This document shows positions 8,255 to 17,880 of a stretch of DNA of 37,394 nt, piece by piece. Each line of letters opens with the position of its first letter. Positions within the stretch are counted from its first letter, which is position 1. This DNA comes from an uncultured euryarchaeote (GTDB taxonomy: Archaea; Thermoplasmatota; Poseidoniia; Poseidoniales; Poseidoniaceae), in the NCBI GenBank assembly GCA_937897365.1, contig CALCOP010000094.1:1-37394 (forward strand), in the 5' to 3' direction. The notes below the pieces were generated by a model, which had not been told where the DNA came from, searched no databases, and saw nothing but the letters and a program-made list of their open reading frames with translations. Made by a program: the position numbers and the translations under genes.

Positions 8255-9424
8255 TTATGGCGAACGAAGGCGTTCAAGAAGATTACCTCGACGATGTTTT
8301 GAGATACCCAAAGGAACTGGTAGGGTTTGCTCCAACTGAATTTCTTCCCACCATGCCGCTTCGCAAGAACAAGAAAGACCTTCAAATTCATCAAGTTCTC
8401 CTGATACTGCATACCTTTCGATGGCAGCAACCACCGCTGAATCACATGAGCCGCAATTGTGAGCACCTCGAACACGCCCACCAGCAGTCGGATGAATGAT
8501 AAGACGACAAACTTGGTCGGCATCTCCGTTCTTACCGCCGTTTGGATGAATTGTTGGATGAACTCTGCGGATCATCTCGACCAAAGACCAAAGCCAGGGT
8601 GGGCGGTATTCGTTATTTCGATGAAGTCTGTCGATAATTGTCCCACGTTGGATATTCATCGGGTTAACCGAGACTTCATCACTCCTCTGTGCGACATCCT
8701 CAATCCATTTTACGCCGTGAATTAAAGCGTCTGCCTCGCTCATAAAAGGCGGCTTAAACATCAGATAAGTCTTAATCCGAATATTGAACTTTTTCAAGTT
8801 CGCCACCGCTCTATCCCATGATTTGGTTGTGAATCCCTTGTTAATATGGAAACGAAGAACTTCGTCATCGTAAGCCTCAAGCCCGACAGCAACAGCGAAG
8901 CTTTGGTTGATTTTCGTAGCCCAAGCGAGTTTCTTTTCGGTCAATTGTTCACAACGACTTTCGACAATCAATTCCTTCCCGAGTTCTTGACAATCACGTA
9001 ATACTGTTTCTTGGAACTCTATTGGGATTTCTCGGTCTTCCAAGAGTGACCCGCTGGTATAGACCTTTACCATCGCATGGTCTTTGAAATCGTCGTACTT
9101 TTCCTTCGCGTATGCCCACTGCGCATGTAAATCATCATTGGTAACATCGTCTCTCGTGTCGTTGAAATATCCACAAAATGTACAGCCACTCGACCACCAC
9201 CAATGACAACCCTTGGTGCGCAAAATAACCGTTACAGCACTGCATGGAGTCCCATTGGCAAGGGTTTCAGGAGTGTAATAAACAGTTGCAGGCTCATTTG
9301 CGTCCCATGATTGCTGTCGTGCTCGGGCCCATGGAGTATTTGCGGGTGCCTTGACCAAGTCATGGATACGGGCACCTTTGTTGCCCTCTCCAACTAAAGT
9401 CAATGGTTTTGGCCCCGACATCAA
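8255..9424 (-). CDS. Radical SAM family protein, TIGR01210/COG1244-like (the family that includes the archaeosine-synthesis partner RaSEA)
   Basis: 389 aa. Cys triad GCHWWWSSGCTFCGY (CX7CX2C, 9173..9208) is followed by a TIM-barrel-like alternating pattern (VYTSGSLLED, ELIVESRCE, AVGLEAYDD, IKTYLMFKPPF). The track start is a TTG at 9424. The ATG at 9421 is more likely and has AGGGGA upstream. Confidence 0.55.
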   Translation of the reverse strand: MMSGPKPLTLVGEGNKGARIHDLVKAPANTPWARARQQSWDANEPATVYYTPETLANGTPCSAVTVILRTKGCHWWWSSGCTFCGYFNDTRDDVTNDDLHAQWAYAKEKYDDFKDHAMVKVYTSGSLLEDREIPIEFQETVLRDCQELGKELIVESRCEQLTEKKLAWATKINQSFAVAVGLEAYDDEVLRFHINKGFTTKSWDRAVANLKKFNIRIKTYLMFKPPFMSEADALIHGVKWIEDVAQRSDEVSVNPMNIQRGTIIDRLHRNNEYRPPWLWSLVEMIRRVHPTIHPNGGKNGDADQVCRLIIHPTAGGRVRGAHNCGSCDSAVVAAIERYAVSGELDEFEGLSCSCEAAWWEEIQLEQTLPVPLGISKHRRGNLLERLRSP

Positions 9425-9484
9425 GTTCCCCTATGTGAAGTGGCTCGGCTTTGAGGTTTCAAACCACCGCACAGAAAAATCAAA

Positions 9485-10336
9485 TCAATTCCCTATGGGA
9501 GTGAACAAAATAGAGCTACCTGCTTGAACGAATTCCCCCTTTGGAAATTCAGGATTTTGTTCCTCTGCAGAACATACATTCGGGGTGAAAAATGCTGCGC
9601 ATACTCGCAAATCAACACGAGAACCAAGTCGAATCATTCCGTAGCGTTGTCCTCGACGAACCTCGGAATCAACATCAAGCCATGGAACGATGGTTCGTGC
9701 CAAGGCACCAGAAATTTGAGTAACTTCGACGAACAGTCCTTCCTTGCTTTTGAAAACGCTACGGACTCGTTCGTTATACTGGCTTTCCTTTTTGTACGCA
9801 GCAACAAATGGACCTCGGCGCAATCCCTTTCCGGCCCTATGTTCCATTCGATGTAACGTGCCTGCAAGTGGCGCACGATTGACATGAACGTCTAAGGGTG
9901 ACATGAAAATGGCAACTCGGAAAACATCCGTATCTGATTCTTGTCCCTTTGGGACTGCATCAAAGCGTTGCTCAGTTTCAAATTGAAGGGGATTTGACGT
10001 TGGCTCTGGAAACCAATCCCCGGTTAAGGCGTCCGTCACACACATTCCAGATTCAATCTCTGATTTTGAGGGGCGGCGACCGGTGGCGCGCTCACGTCGA
10101 ATGAACATAACACGTCCATCGGCAGGACTGACCAGCACTCCCTTGTCACGAGGAATTGGCCTGTCTGGGTCTCTCCAAAAATTAGCGAAGAAGGCTGAAA
10201 GCATGAAACAAAAGATGCCAAAAAAGGGAATGAGTCCATACAGGGGGTCGATTACTGCACCAATAATGAGTGCACTACCACCCATGAGAATTGGGATGAG
10301 AACTGGAGCGTGGCCACCATGGGCCAAACCTGCCAT
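9485..10336 (-). CDS. psd: Phosphatidylserine/archaetidylserine decarboxylase proenzyme (short Psd/Asd type) with N-terminal TM helices
   Basis: 283 aa. Family motifs: FWRDPDR, VSPADGRV, IFMSPLDVHVNRAPLAGTL, NERV, QISGALARTIV, and the self-cleavage site context GMIRLGSRVDL. An insert of roughly 50 aa lies after VSPADGRV. Confidence 0.85.
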   Translation of the reverse strand: MAGLAHGGHAPVLIPILMGGSALIIGAVIDPLYGLIPFFGIFCFMLSAFFANFWRDPDRPIPRDKGVLVSPADGRVMFIRRERATGRRPSKSEIESGMCVTDALTGDWFPEPTSNPLQFETEQRFDAVPKGQESDTDVFRVAIFMSPLDVHVNRAPLAGTLHRMEHRAGKGLRRGPFVAAYKKESQYNERVRSVFKSKEGLFVEVTQISGALARTIVPWLDVDSEVRRGQRYGMIRLGSRVDLRVCAAFFTPNVCSAEEQNPEFPKGEFVQAGSSILFTPIGN

Positions 10337-10345
10337 AAAAAACCC

Positions 10346-11254
10346 TCAATCAGTAGCCCAAGGATCTTCGCCGTCTGCCCAAGTAGCAGCTGCTGTCGTT
10401 CCAGAACTGGCTTTCTCTTCAACAACTTCTTCAGTAGCCTTTTCGGTTACTTCTTCGGTCGATTCTTCGGTCGATTCTTCAGATGCAGGAGTTGCTTCTT
10501 CTGCGGTGGTTTCTTCCACCACTTCCGGAGATTCAGCGCTTTCTGAAGAGTTAATCGATTCTGCTTCTTCAATCGTCATTTCAGCTGCACGAGATTCAAC
10601 CATTTCTTCGATTCTTTCGGTGAAGGCACGAGCCATGTGTTGTGATTTTCGTTCTGCTTCAATTGCGCTTTCAATCATCTCATATCGTACCTTAATCGCT
10701 TGATTAAGGTCCTCAAAAATCTTCATGTGGTCGACATACCAGTCGTCACGAGCCTTCATCTCTTTAACAGCAAGGTGAAGGTCGTTGTCAAGTTCTTCGG
10801 CAATTGAATAGACCTTGCCAAGACGGTCTTTTTCTCGAGTATACTTCTCTTCCATTTTCTCGAGTTCAGGTTCAAGCCGTTCAACGGTTTTACTCGACAT
10901 TGCCGCACGAAGTTCAAGTTCGCGAACACGGTTGTCTTTTTCATCAAGCAAACTCTGCAGGGAATCCTTCTCAACTGCGGCTTCAATAATTTCTTTTTCA
11001 AGGACTTCGATTGTAGCAAGTGCATCGTCTAAATCTTGTTGAGTGCCTTGAAATGCCTCATACAGAACTTCAATTTTGACTTTCAAATCCTCAACGGTTT
11101 CCGTTGACGTGGTGTCGGCTGGGGGAATGGCTCCTTCTTCGGTCATTGTTTCACCCGGAGGCAAGCCTCCATGAACAGCCACACACCTCCACCCTATCAA
11201 GCCGACGCCTGAAAGCGTAGATAAAAGACCAAGATATTCAACGACTGGAATCAA
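10346..11254 (-). CDS. Membrane-anchored coiled-coil protein with an acidic low-complexity C-terminus, function unknown
   Basis: 302 aa. N-terminal helix YLGLLSTLSGVGLIGW is followed by long heptad-like E/K/L-rich stretches and then the tail ESTEESTEEVTEKATEEVVEE. That tail is encoded partly by a 12-nt tandem repeat ttcttcggtcga x2.5 at 10451..10480. The track start is a TTG that overlaps the pip stop (TTGA). The start is uncertain. Confidence 0.5.
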   Translation of the reverse strand: MIPVVEYLGLLSTLSGVGLIGWRCVAVHGGLPPGETMTEEGAIPPADTTSTETVEDLKVKIEVLYEAFQGTQQDLDDALATIEVLEKEIIEAAVEKDSLQSLLDEKDNRVRELELRAAMSSKTVERLEPELEKMEEKYTREKDRLGKVYSIAEELDNDLHLAVKEMKARDDWYVDHMKIFEDLNQAIKVRYEMIESAIEAERKSQHMARAFTERIEEMVESRAAEMTIEEAESINSSESAESPEVVEETTAEEATPASEESTEESTEEVTEKATEEVVEEKASSGTTAAATWADGEDPWATD

Positions 11255-12213
11255 CGAAAAGAGTCGGTAATTGCTACGAGTTCTCTTGCAATACTCACTT
11301 CTCCCATTGAGTGCCCGGCGTCTTGAACGATTATCAAATTACTACTGGGTAATGCTTTGTGCAACTCCCATGCACTGCGAGCAGGACAGACGACATCGTA
11401 TCGACCTTGAACGATGTTACATGGAATCTCCTGAATGGTATCAACGTGGTTGAGAATATGCGCTTCATCCAGAAAAATACCATTGATGAAGTAGTGGCAT
11501 TCTATTCTCGCAAAAGCAACGGCAAAATCGAGGTCTTCGGCTTTTTCAAGGTAGGAAGCATCGGGGAAAAGCCGGCTTGTAGCCATTTCCCAGCGCGTCC
11601 ATTCTTTTGCTGCTGCACGGCGAATTTCAACATCATCGCTGGTTAAACGAGTGTGATATGCCTGGATGAGATCGCCTTGTTCCTGCTTCGGAATATGTTC
11701 GCGATAGGATTCAAAGGCATCGGGAAAGATATGACTGGCTCCATCTTGATAAAACCAGTGTAACTCACTTTTACGACACATAAAAATGCCCCGAAGCATC
11801 AAACTCTCAACTCTCTTTGGGTATTCTTGGGCATATACGAGCGACAGTGTTGAGCCCCACGAGCCTCCAAAAACATGCCACTTCTCAATTCCAAATGCCT
11901 CTCTAAGTTGTTCAATATCGCTAACAGAGGCTTGCGTATTATTTTCTGTGAGTTCTGCATAAGGCGTAGACTTTCCACAACCTCGTTGGTCAAATTGTAT
12001 GATGTTATACACTGCTGGATCGAAATATTGTCGGTATGCTGGTTGACCTCCACCGCCAGGCCCACCGTGAATGACAATTACGGGTAAACCACCTGGATTA
12101 CCGCTTTTTTCCCACGCAATGGTATGCATTTCAGAAACGCTGAGCATTCCGGAATCATAGGGTTCAATTGGAGGATAGAGTACGTCATCGAGCGTCGTGG
12201 TAACATCGAGCAT
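11251..12213 (-). CDS. pip: Proline iminopeptidase (prolyl aminopeptidase, alpha/beta hydrolase)
   Basis: Motifs VIHGGPGGG, FDQRGCGKS, nucleophile elbow GGSWGSTL, and C-terminal DAGHS. I place the start at the ATG at 12213 (MLDVTTT), which has GGAGGG 4-9 nt upstream and gives 320 aa. The longer 12315 ORF start would overlap the divergent gene. Confidence 0.85.
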   Translation of the reverse strand: MLDVTTTLDDVLYPPIEPYDSGMLSVSEMHTIAWEKSGNPGGLPVIVIHGGPGGGGQPAYRQYFDPAVYNIIQFDQRGCGKSTPYAELTENNTQASVSDIEQLREAFGIEKWHVFGGSWGSTLSLVYAQEYPKRVESLMLRGIFMCRKSELHWFYQDGASHIFPDAFESYREHIPKQEQGDLIQAYHTRLTSDDVEIRRAAAKEWTRWEMATSRLFPDASYLEKAEDLDFAVAFARIECHYFINGIFLDEAHILNHVDTIQEIPCNIVQGRYDVVCPARSAWELHKALPSSNLIIVQDAGHSMGEVSIARELVAITDSFR

Positions 12214-12230
12214 GAACCCTCCATCACGAG

Positions 12231-12908
12231 GTGAATGATGTTCCTTTCGCAATGGACATCTTCTTGGAATGGTTCGGCTCAAAGCCAAACATGGGCCGGA
12301 GAAAAGCAACTGCATTGTTCAGCGAGTGGGCAATGAAAGGAAAAGATGAGGGGATGGAGCGCGGACATGCAGCTTCAGTTCAAGAAATGTTACAACTCGC
12401 CCAAATTCCCCGAGCAAGCCCGTACTCTGCTATCGATGTTGGTTGCGGAAACGGATGGGTGTGTCGAAAAATAAATGACGACCCTATGTGCCAAAAAGTG
12501 GAAGGCGTCGATGGTTCGGCTACGATGATAGAAAAAGCAAAGGAAACGGACCCTGCTGGGTTTTACTTCCACGGAAACCTCCCTGAGTGGGAGCCCACAG
12601 AGGGCGTCGATTTCATTCACAGTATGGAGTTTCTCTATTACCTCAAAGACCCTGCAGCAATGCTCAAAATCTTTCATGATTCATGGCTCAACAGCGATGG
12701 AATGTTGGTCGCTGGCGTCGACCATTATCTTGAAAATCAAGACAGTTTAACTTGGCCTGATGCCCTCGATGTGCACATGACTACAATGAGCGAAGAGCAG
12801 TGGCATGAAGCGATGTTAAAGGCTGGTTTTGTCAATGTAACAATGCACCGTGTCGGATTGAAAGAAGGCTTTGTTGGGACCCTGGTGATGGTCGGACACA
12901 AACAATAA
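12231..12908 (+). CDS. Class I SAM-dependent methyltransferase
   Basis: 225 aa. Motif I AIDVGCGNGWV, then an acidic post-I residue, then VDFIHSMEFLYY. The start is ambiguous: GTG at 12231, ATG at 12252 or ATG at 12291. Confidence 0.7.
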   Translation: MNDVPFAMDIFLEWFGSKPNMGRRKATALFSEWAMKGKDEGMERGHAASVQEMLQLAQIPRASPYSAIDVGCGNGWVCRKINDDPMCQKVEGVDGSATMIEKAKETDPAGFYFHGNLPEWEPTEGVDFIHSMEFLYYLKDPAAMLKIFHDSWLNSDGMLVAGVDHYLENQDSLTWPDALDVHMTTMSEEQWHEAMLKAGFVNVTMHRVGLKEGFVGTLVMVGHKQ

Positions 12909-12909
12909 C

Positions 12910-15900
12910 TCATTTCCTTAAGGGGCGAGGGCCGAGTGTGTCACCTTCTCCAACACAGAGGCGAATATCTCCACGACAAAATGAGCACGATGGACAGGTA
13001 TTGTTGCTTCCTTCGCCTCCAATTGGTGGCTCACTGACTGTTTCGGGCGCAGCAGATAGCTGAGCCATCCATTCGAGATGTTGTGAAAACACTGCCTTTG
13101 CATCATCAAATTCTGTGCTCGTCATTTGAAGAATCCTTCCGGACGCCCCCATGAGTAGAGAGGGAGGGAGTATGGTTCGACGTTCAGATTCAGGTTTTTG
13201 TTGCTCCATTGATTCAAGTGCAAGTGAATACAAAGTAAGTTGGAGTTTATGTTGCTCAAGAATCGATCTCTCGGCTGGTGTTGAAGGAAAAGGACTGAGA
13301 ACATCGCCTTCATATTGTTGTAAAGGACTTCCCTCCATCGGGTTTTCAGGATTAAACGAATCACGGCAACCTTTGGTTTTCAAATCAACAACTTGCAAAA
13401 ATCCATGGCCCTCACTGTTGCGTAAGGCGAGAACAAGGTCGGCTCTACCATCAAATACAATATCGACATGGTCAACCTTTGAAAGCGCAACCGGCCCATT
13501 AACGGAAAATCCGGTTCGATAGAGTTCCTCAAATACAACTTTATTGACGTAATAAAAGGGCAACTCCGTTCTTAAACCTTCGACGACATAACCATGATAT
13601 TGTCCTCCATCGGCGTATTTGCCAAGTAACCCGTCACGAACTAATCGGCCCAATTCAGCTAACCTTTGCGCCGTTGCTTCAGCGATTTCCAAATCCGAAT
13701 TTTCAACCCCGATTCCCTCTTCAGCCATGACCCGGCGAATGGTTTCTCTATCATCGAGCATGTCTTTTCCTTCATACACCCATGCGGGAGGCAAAACAGA
13801 AACCGCTGGAGCATTTTTCGACGCTGGATTGGCAAGACCAATTTCAATCAAACGATGCATGAGCGTCCCAAATGTAGTAGCTTCTGGAAAAGATGACGGT
13901 GATTGGTGTTTCATATTTGGATTCGGTGAGAAGAAGTGCAGTGGCTCTGGATTCCATCCTTTGACTTCTGTGAGCCAATGTTGACGAGGAGAATTATAAC
14001 TTGAATCAAGGCTATGCGCAGGCATTCTCATGATTTGACTAACCTTCGGAAGGGGGGTCGGGGCCAATTTGGGTTGCGAAAGTGCATTCATACGCTGTTC
14101 AATTTCATACCAGTGTTGCAGAGGAGTGAGGGTTTGTAATGTTGGGAAACATTGTGGAGAATGATAAATGTGGATTCCTTCCAACGACGAAATACCGAGT
14201 TTTGAGGTATTCGATAATGAAAACGGGTCCAATGACAGAACTGTTTCCGAGTATGTTGCTAAAGGCGTTGCAAAGTCATCGCTTTCCAATAACCAAGGCG
14301 AGTCTTCGACCGAGTTTTGATGGGAAAGGCTTCGTAGACCATCGAGTAACATTCCTCCCATCGTCTTAAGTGAAGGGCGAACGTTGACATTCAATTTCTG
14401 AGTTTTTGTATCTATTTCTGCAGTCCGATTCGGAGACCCGACCAAAATAAGCCGATCTTTTACTCGAGTGAGGGCAACGTAAAATTCTCGACGGCGCTCT
14501 GCTTGACGTTGAGCGTGGTCAATCCTTTTCGCAAATTCCCAAAGCCCATCATCAGGGCGTTCTCGGGAATTCCAAGGATTAATTCGACCTGCTACAACTT
14601 GAGGGGTGACCAAAACATTGCTTTTTGCTGCGAGAGAAGAGTCTGACTTTCCTGCATGGAACAATCCAGCAACAACAACAACTGGGGCTTGGAGTCCTTT
14701 TGCCCCATGAATTGTCATGATTTGAACTGCACCCCCTGAAGGAGTGGCAATAGCGGATGGGCCTTTCGTTCCAAGACCATCGAGATCCTTGATTCGATTG
14801 TACAGAGCGGCCGGTTCATGTCCCAGCTCATTGCCTATATTGACCAACAATGCGCATAATGATTCTGCGTTTTGGCGAGATGTGTCATCAGGGTAAGCGA
14901 CAAGAAGATCTGAATGATCCAAGATGATGTCAAACACATCGTGAACGGCGCCACAGTGCGCTAAATGTTCCAGATGCAAAGCAAGTGTTCTTACAGATTC
15001 GGTTGGAGCAAAATGCTGTATTTTCTGCCACCAATTCCCTTCAATTTCTTGCGTCATCAAAGCATGACATTGAACATCACTGAATCCCATTATAGGCGAG
15101 CGTGCAAGCGTTAAAGCGGCGTGTCGAGATGTAGGATATGCAAGTAATTCGAGACATGAAAGAAGTGGCAAAACGACCGGTTGAGCAAGCAGTGCACCTT
15201 GGCGATCAGCCATTACGGGTACACCGCGTGACTGAAGTCGAGAAATGAGGTCTGGAATGTGTTTTCGCGAGTGAACAAGAACGAGAATGTCTTCCGGAAG
15301 AACCGTGGTGGCTTGCGGGGAGAGTTGGGTAAATGACCCCTGTTCAGCATTCCAAACCTGGGTTGGTTGTTGAGAGAGTAAAGCCTGGAGTCGAGATGCA
15401 ATTAATTCATTTTCTAAGTGAGTATTCGATGCCTTAGGAGAGGTGAAGGTGTCGAAATATTCGTCCAGCTCAAGACTCGGTTCCTGTGCATCGATTTGTA
15501 ACGGTAAAAGCCATTCTAAAACCCCCTGTTGTTGTGTTTCTCGAGCAGCGCGAAGATGCTGGTGTTCAGCATGCCAATCGCCCGGCAAAAGGTAGTGTCT
15601 CGGGGCAAAGACATCTTGGAACATACCGTTCATGGTATCCATGAGATTCGACAATGTTCGGTGATTAGATGTCAAATCGATGTGCCCCATTGCACGGCGA
15701 TTCTTGCGTTGCTCATCGATAAGATTGAATGCTTTTTCATCATCCTCGAATGCAAATTCAACATGTTCCCAAGGCTGTGAAGGAATCGTTGATTCCTGGA
15801 CTTCTGTCCCGACGATGAACGACCCACTCTCTCCGCCAGCGCCAACGGGGCGGGGGTCACGACCATGCCCATCTCGTCGCAGGTGATCCAGTCGAGGCTC

Positions 15901-17880
15901 GACCGATTCAATCTCATTAGCGGTTTTAATTGCTTCAACAGTACGGCGCATGACCGTTACTTCGGCTTGTCTAAAACGGTAGATACTCTGCTTCATATCG
16001 CCAACAATACAAACAGTAGGGTCCCAAGGTCCAAGCGGTCTTTCAGGGTCATCGGGCTTTAATCGCCGAGCCCCCCAGAGTCGAGCGAGAAGCCTGAAAT
16101 GTGCGGGGTTCGTATCTTGATACTCGTCAATAATGAACGCTCTGAATTGGCGGCGTATCGTCTGCAATACAGCATATCTTCGGTTTAAGTCCTCAAAGCA
16201 ACTTTGATCTTCACCGGCAAGCCTCATTGCGCGTGCAATATGTTGATCTAACCATGGCTCATCGCCAATACGGTCCAATGCTTGTACAACTTCATGTGGA
16301 TAAGAGTGACGGACAATGTCTGGACAGCGGGCGAGAAGTAAGTCTGCGGCTAAGCGCTGTATATCATCATAGTCATGGACGCCTTCTTGGGCTTTCATCA
16401 ATGCAAGTATATCTTGGCAGCCTCGGTGAACAAGAAGTAAATCATTGAGAACACTGGTTTGCAATTCACTGGAGATTCGAAGGTTGCCTTGAGGAGCGAT
16501 GTCGTCGAATACCGGTTCAATTGGTCTTGAACGAAGTTCGCAATCTTCAGGCATGTATGGCATATCGGATAAGGGGTCAAGTAAGAAAGAGCATTTTCCA
16601 AGTAAACGAACGAGGAGCCCTTGACGTGAATTCATGTGTTCACGTAGATTTCTTGCGAGAACTTCGGCGTGCTGATAAAGTTCATCTCGAATCCCTTTGG
16701 ACAATGTTTTCGCAGCTGTTTTACCACAAAGACCTGAGGGCCAACCATTGCAATGATTGGCTTGTGGAAGGACGCCTTTCGGGAAAAAATTAGGCTTGTC
16801 CTGTTTTTCTAACTGGTTCCAAGAAGACGCAGCCATGGCAATTTGCCAAACACGTTGAATACAAGTTGCAGGACTGTTTGGGACCGGCTCACGAGCAAGA
16901 TGAGTCAAATGATTAAACCGGGTTTGAGTCGGGTTCATTTCCGGTTCACAGGGCAGAACACAATCAGCCGAGTGGGTCAAAAAAAGGTCAACCCACTGAG
17001 AGAGCAAATCTTGCAAATGCTGCGTATATTGAATTGCAATATCTTTTACAGGTCCCACAAACATATCCAGCAAAACCTCGTGAGGCATAGGTCCTTGACC
17101 TGCCCAATCATAACCGTTTGATTCTGCACGAGCAACCATAGCATGGTGCGCTTCTTCAACGAAGAGAGACTTACCGAGCATTCCACTGAGCACAACTGCT
17201 GCTCGTTCTTGTCCACCGAGCAGTATTGCAAGACGATTCCGTGCAGAAATAAACGCTCCAACATTTCCTCTAACCCCCGCTTCAAGAGCATCGGAAATCG
17301 TACGAATTCGCCATGCAGATTGAAGTGTCTCTTGAGTAAGTAAAGGCGAGCGTTCCTCTGCAATTTGTTCACGACTTGGATGAACTGCAACAAGATCAAG
17401 ATGAGGCGATAGCAATTGTGAAAGGAAGGCGTCAATGGTTGAAATTGGCGCTTCATCGAGCGAAGAAAGAAGCATTTCCACATCTGCTTGGTCACGAACT
17501 CGTGGATCGTAAATACCATCCAAGTCATCATGGTGAAGGGGGCCGGCGCGAGTTTGTCCAACTCTCAAACGTATACGTGCTTTCAATTCTGATGCTGCTT
17601 TTTTAGTAAAAGTAATTGCAACGACTTCGCTGGGAAGGAGACCCATCCACTGTTTCTGTTCAGTTCGCTGGCGAGGCGGGGAACGAAGCGAGCCATGCCC
17701 ACTCAATGGTTCTCTCGGGCCTAAGGGGAGAAGATGGGTTGCTCGTTGCTCATGAGAGAGAAGATGCTGAACATAACGTTCAGCCATCACAGTCGTCTTT
17801 CCCGTTCCCGCTCCTGCATCAAGAGCGATGTGTTTATCGAGGTCCAAACCAAGGCGCTGGCTTCGATTGAATACAATCAT
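12910..17880 (-). CDS. addA: AddA/RecB-like UvrD-family (SF1A) helicase with a C-terminal PD-(D/E)xK nuclease domain and a terminal Cys cluster
   Basis: 1656 aa. Helicase motifs: I DAGAGTGKTT, Ia ITFTKKAASELKARI, II FIIDEYQDTN, III VGDMKQSIYRFRQA, IV TSNHRT, V MTIHGAKGLQAPVVVV, VI FYVALTRVKDRLILVG. Nuclease motifs: GTLMHRLIE, GRADLV, VVDLKT, QLTLYSLAL. The terminal cluster is CPSCSFCRGDIRLC. The ATG overlaps the addB-like stop (TAATG). Confidence 0.8.
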   Translation of the reverse strand: MIVFNRSQRLGLDLDKHIALDAGAGTGKTTVMAERYVQHLLSHEQRATHLLPLGPREPLSGHGSLRSPPRQRTEQKQWMGLLPSEVVAITFTKKAASELKARIRLRVGQTRAGPLHHDDLDGIYDPRVRDQADVEMLLSSLDEAPISTIDAFLSQLLSPHLDLVAVHPSREQIAEERSPLLTQETLQSAWRIRTISDALEAGVRGNVGAFISARNRLAILLGGQERAAVVLSGMLGKSLFVEEAHHAMVARAESNGYDWAGQGPMPHEVLLDMFVGPVKDIAIQYTQHLQDLLSQWVDLFLTHSADCVLPCEPEMNPTQTRFNHLTHLAREPVPNSPATCIQRVWQIAMAASSWNQLEKQDKPNFFPKGVLPQANHCNGWPSGLCGKTAAKTLSKGIRDELYQHAEVLARNLREHMNSRQGLLVRLLGKCSFLLDPLSDMPYMPEDCELRSRPIEPVFDDIAPQGNLRISSELQTSVLNDLLLVHRGCQDILALMKAQEGVHDYDDIQRLAADLLLARCPDIVRHSYPHEVVQALDRIGDEPWLDQHIARAMRLAGEDQSCFEDLNRRYAVLQTIRRQFRAFIIDEYQDTNPAHFRLLARLWGARRLKPDDPERPLGPWDPTVCIVGDMKQSIYRFRQAEVTVMRRTVEAIKTANEIESVEPRLDHLRRDGHGRDPRPVGAGGESGSFIVGTEVQESTIPSQPWEHVEFAFEDDEKAFNLIDEQRKNRRAMGHIDLTSNHRTLSNLMDTMNGMFQDVFAPRHYLLPGDWHAEHQHLRAARETQQQGVLEWLLPLQIDAQEPSLELDEYFDTFTSPKASNTHLENELIASRLQALLSQQPTQVWNAEQGSFTQLSPQATTVLPEDILVLVHSRKHIPDLISRLQSRGVPVMADRQGALLAQPVVLPLLSCLELLAYPTSRHAALTLARSPIMGFSDVQCHALMTQEIEGNWWQKIQHFAPTESVRTLALHLEHLAHCGAVHDVFDIILDHSDLLVAYPDDTSRQNAESLCALLVNIGNELGHEPAALYNRIKDLDGLGTKGPSAIATPSGGAVQIMTIHGAKGLQAPVVVVAGLFHAGKSDSSLAAKSNVLVTPQVVAGRINPWNSRERPDDGLWEFAKRIDHAQRQAERRREFYVALTRVKDRLILVGSPNRTAEIDTKTQKLNVNVRPSLKTMGGMLLDGLRSLSHQNSVEDSPWLLESDDFATPLATYSETVLSLDPFSLSNTSKLGISSLEGIHIYHSPQCFPTLQTLTPLQHWYEIEQRMNALSQPKLAPTPLPKVSQIMRMPAHSLDSSYNSPRQHWLTEVKGWNPEPLHFFSPNPNMKHQSPSSFPEATTFGTLMHRLIEIGLANPASKNAPAVSVLPPAWVYEGKDMLDDRETIRRVMAEEGIGVENSDLEIAEATAQRLAELGRLVRDGLLGKYADGGQYHGYVVEGLRTELPFYYVNKVVFEELYRTGFSVNGPVALSKVDHVDIVFDGRADLVLALRNSEGHGFLQVVDLKTKGCRDSFNPENPMEGSPLQQYEGDVLSPFPSTPAERSILEQHKLQLTLYSLALESMEQQKPESERRTILPPSLLMGASGRILQMTSTEFDDAKAVFSQHLEWMAQLSAAPETVSEPPIGGEGSNNTCPSCSFCRGDIRLCVGEGDTLGPRPLRK

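Noticed and set aside
10451-10480. 12-nt tandem repeat ttcttcggtcga x2.5
   Set aside because: It is in-frame coding low complexity (EESTEESTEE) in the acidic tail of the coiled-coil protein. It is not a regulatory or CRISPR-like repeat.
10083-10703. 206-aa plus-strand ORF rich in Ser, Ala and Val
   Set aside because: It is antisense to the psd start and to the acidic low-complexity tail of the coiled-coil gene. It is a mirror artefact of GAA/GAG-rich coding sequence.
12214-12315. 34-aa N-terminal extension of the proline iminopeptidase ORF
   Set aside because: It would overlap the divergent methyltransferase gene. The ATG at 12213 has GGAGGG upstream and gives the normal family length of about 320 aa.
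17046-17561. 171-aa alternative-frame ORF inside the addA-like gene, and the similar 20003..20446 ORF inside the addB-like gene
   Set aside because: They are on the same strand as the main genes but out of frame with the motif-bearing reading frames. No independent support.
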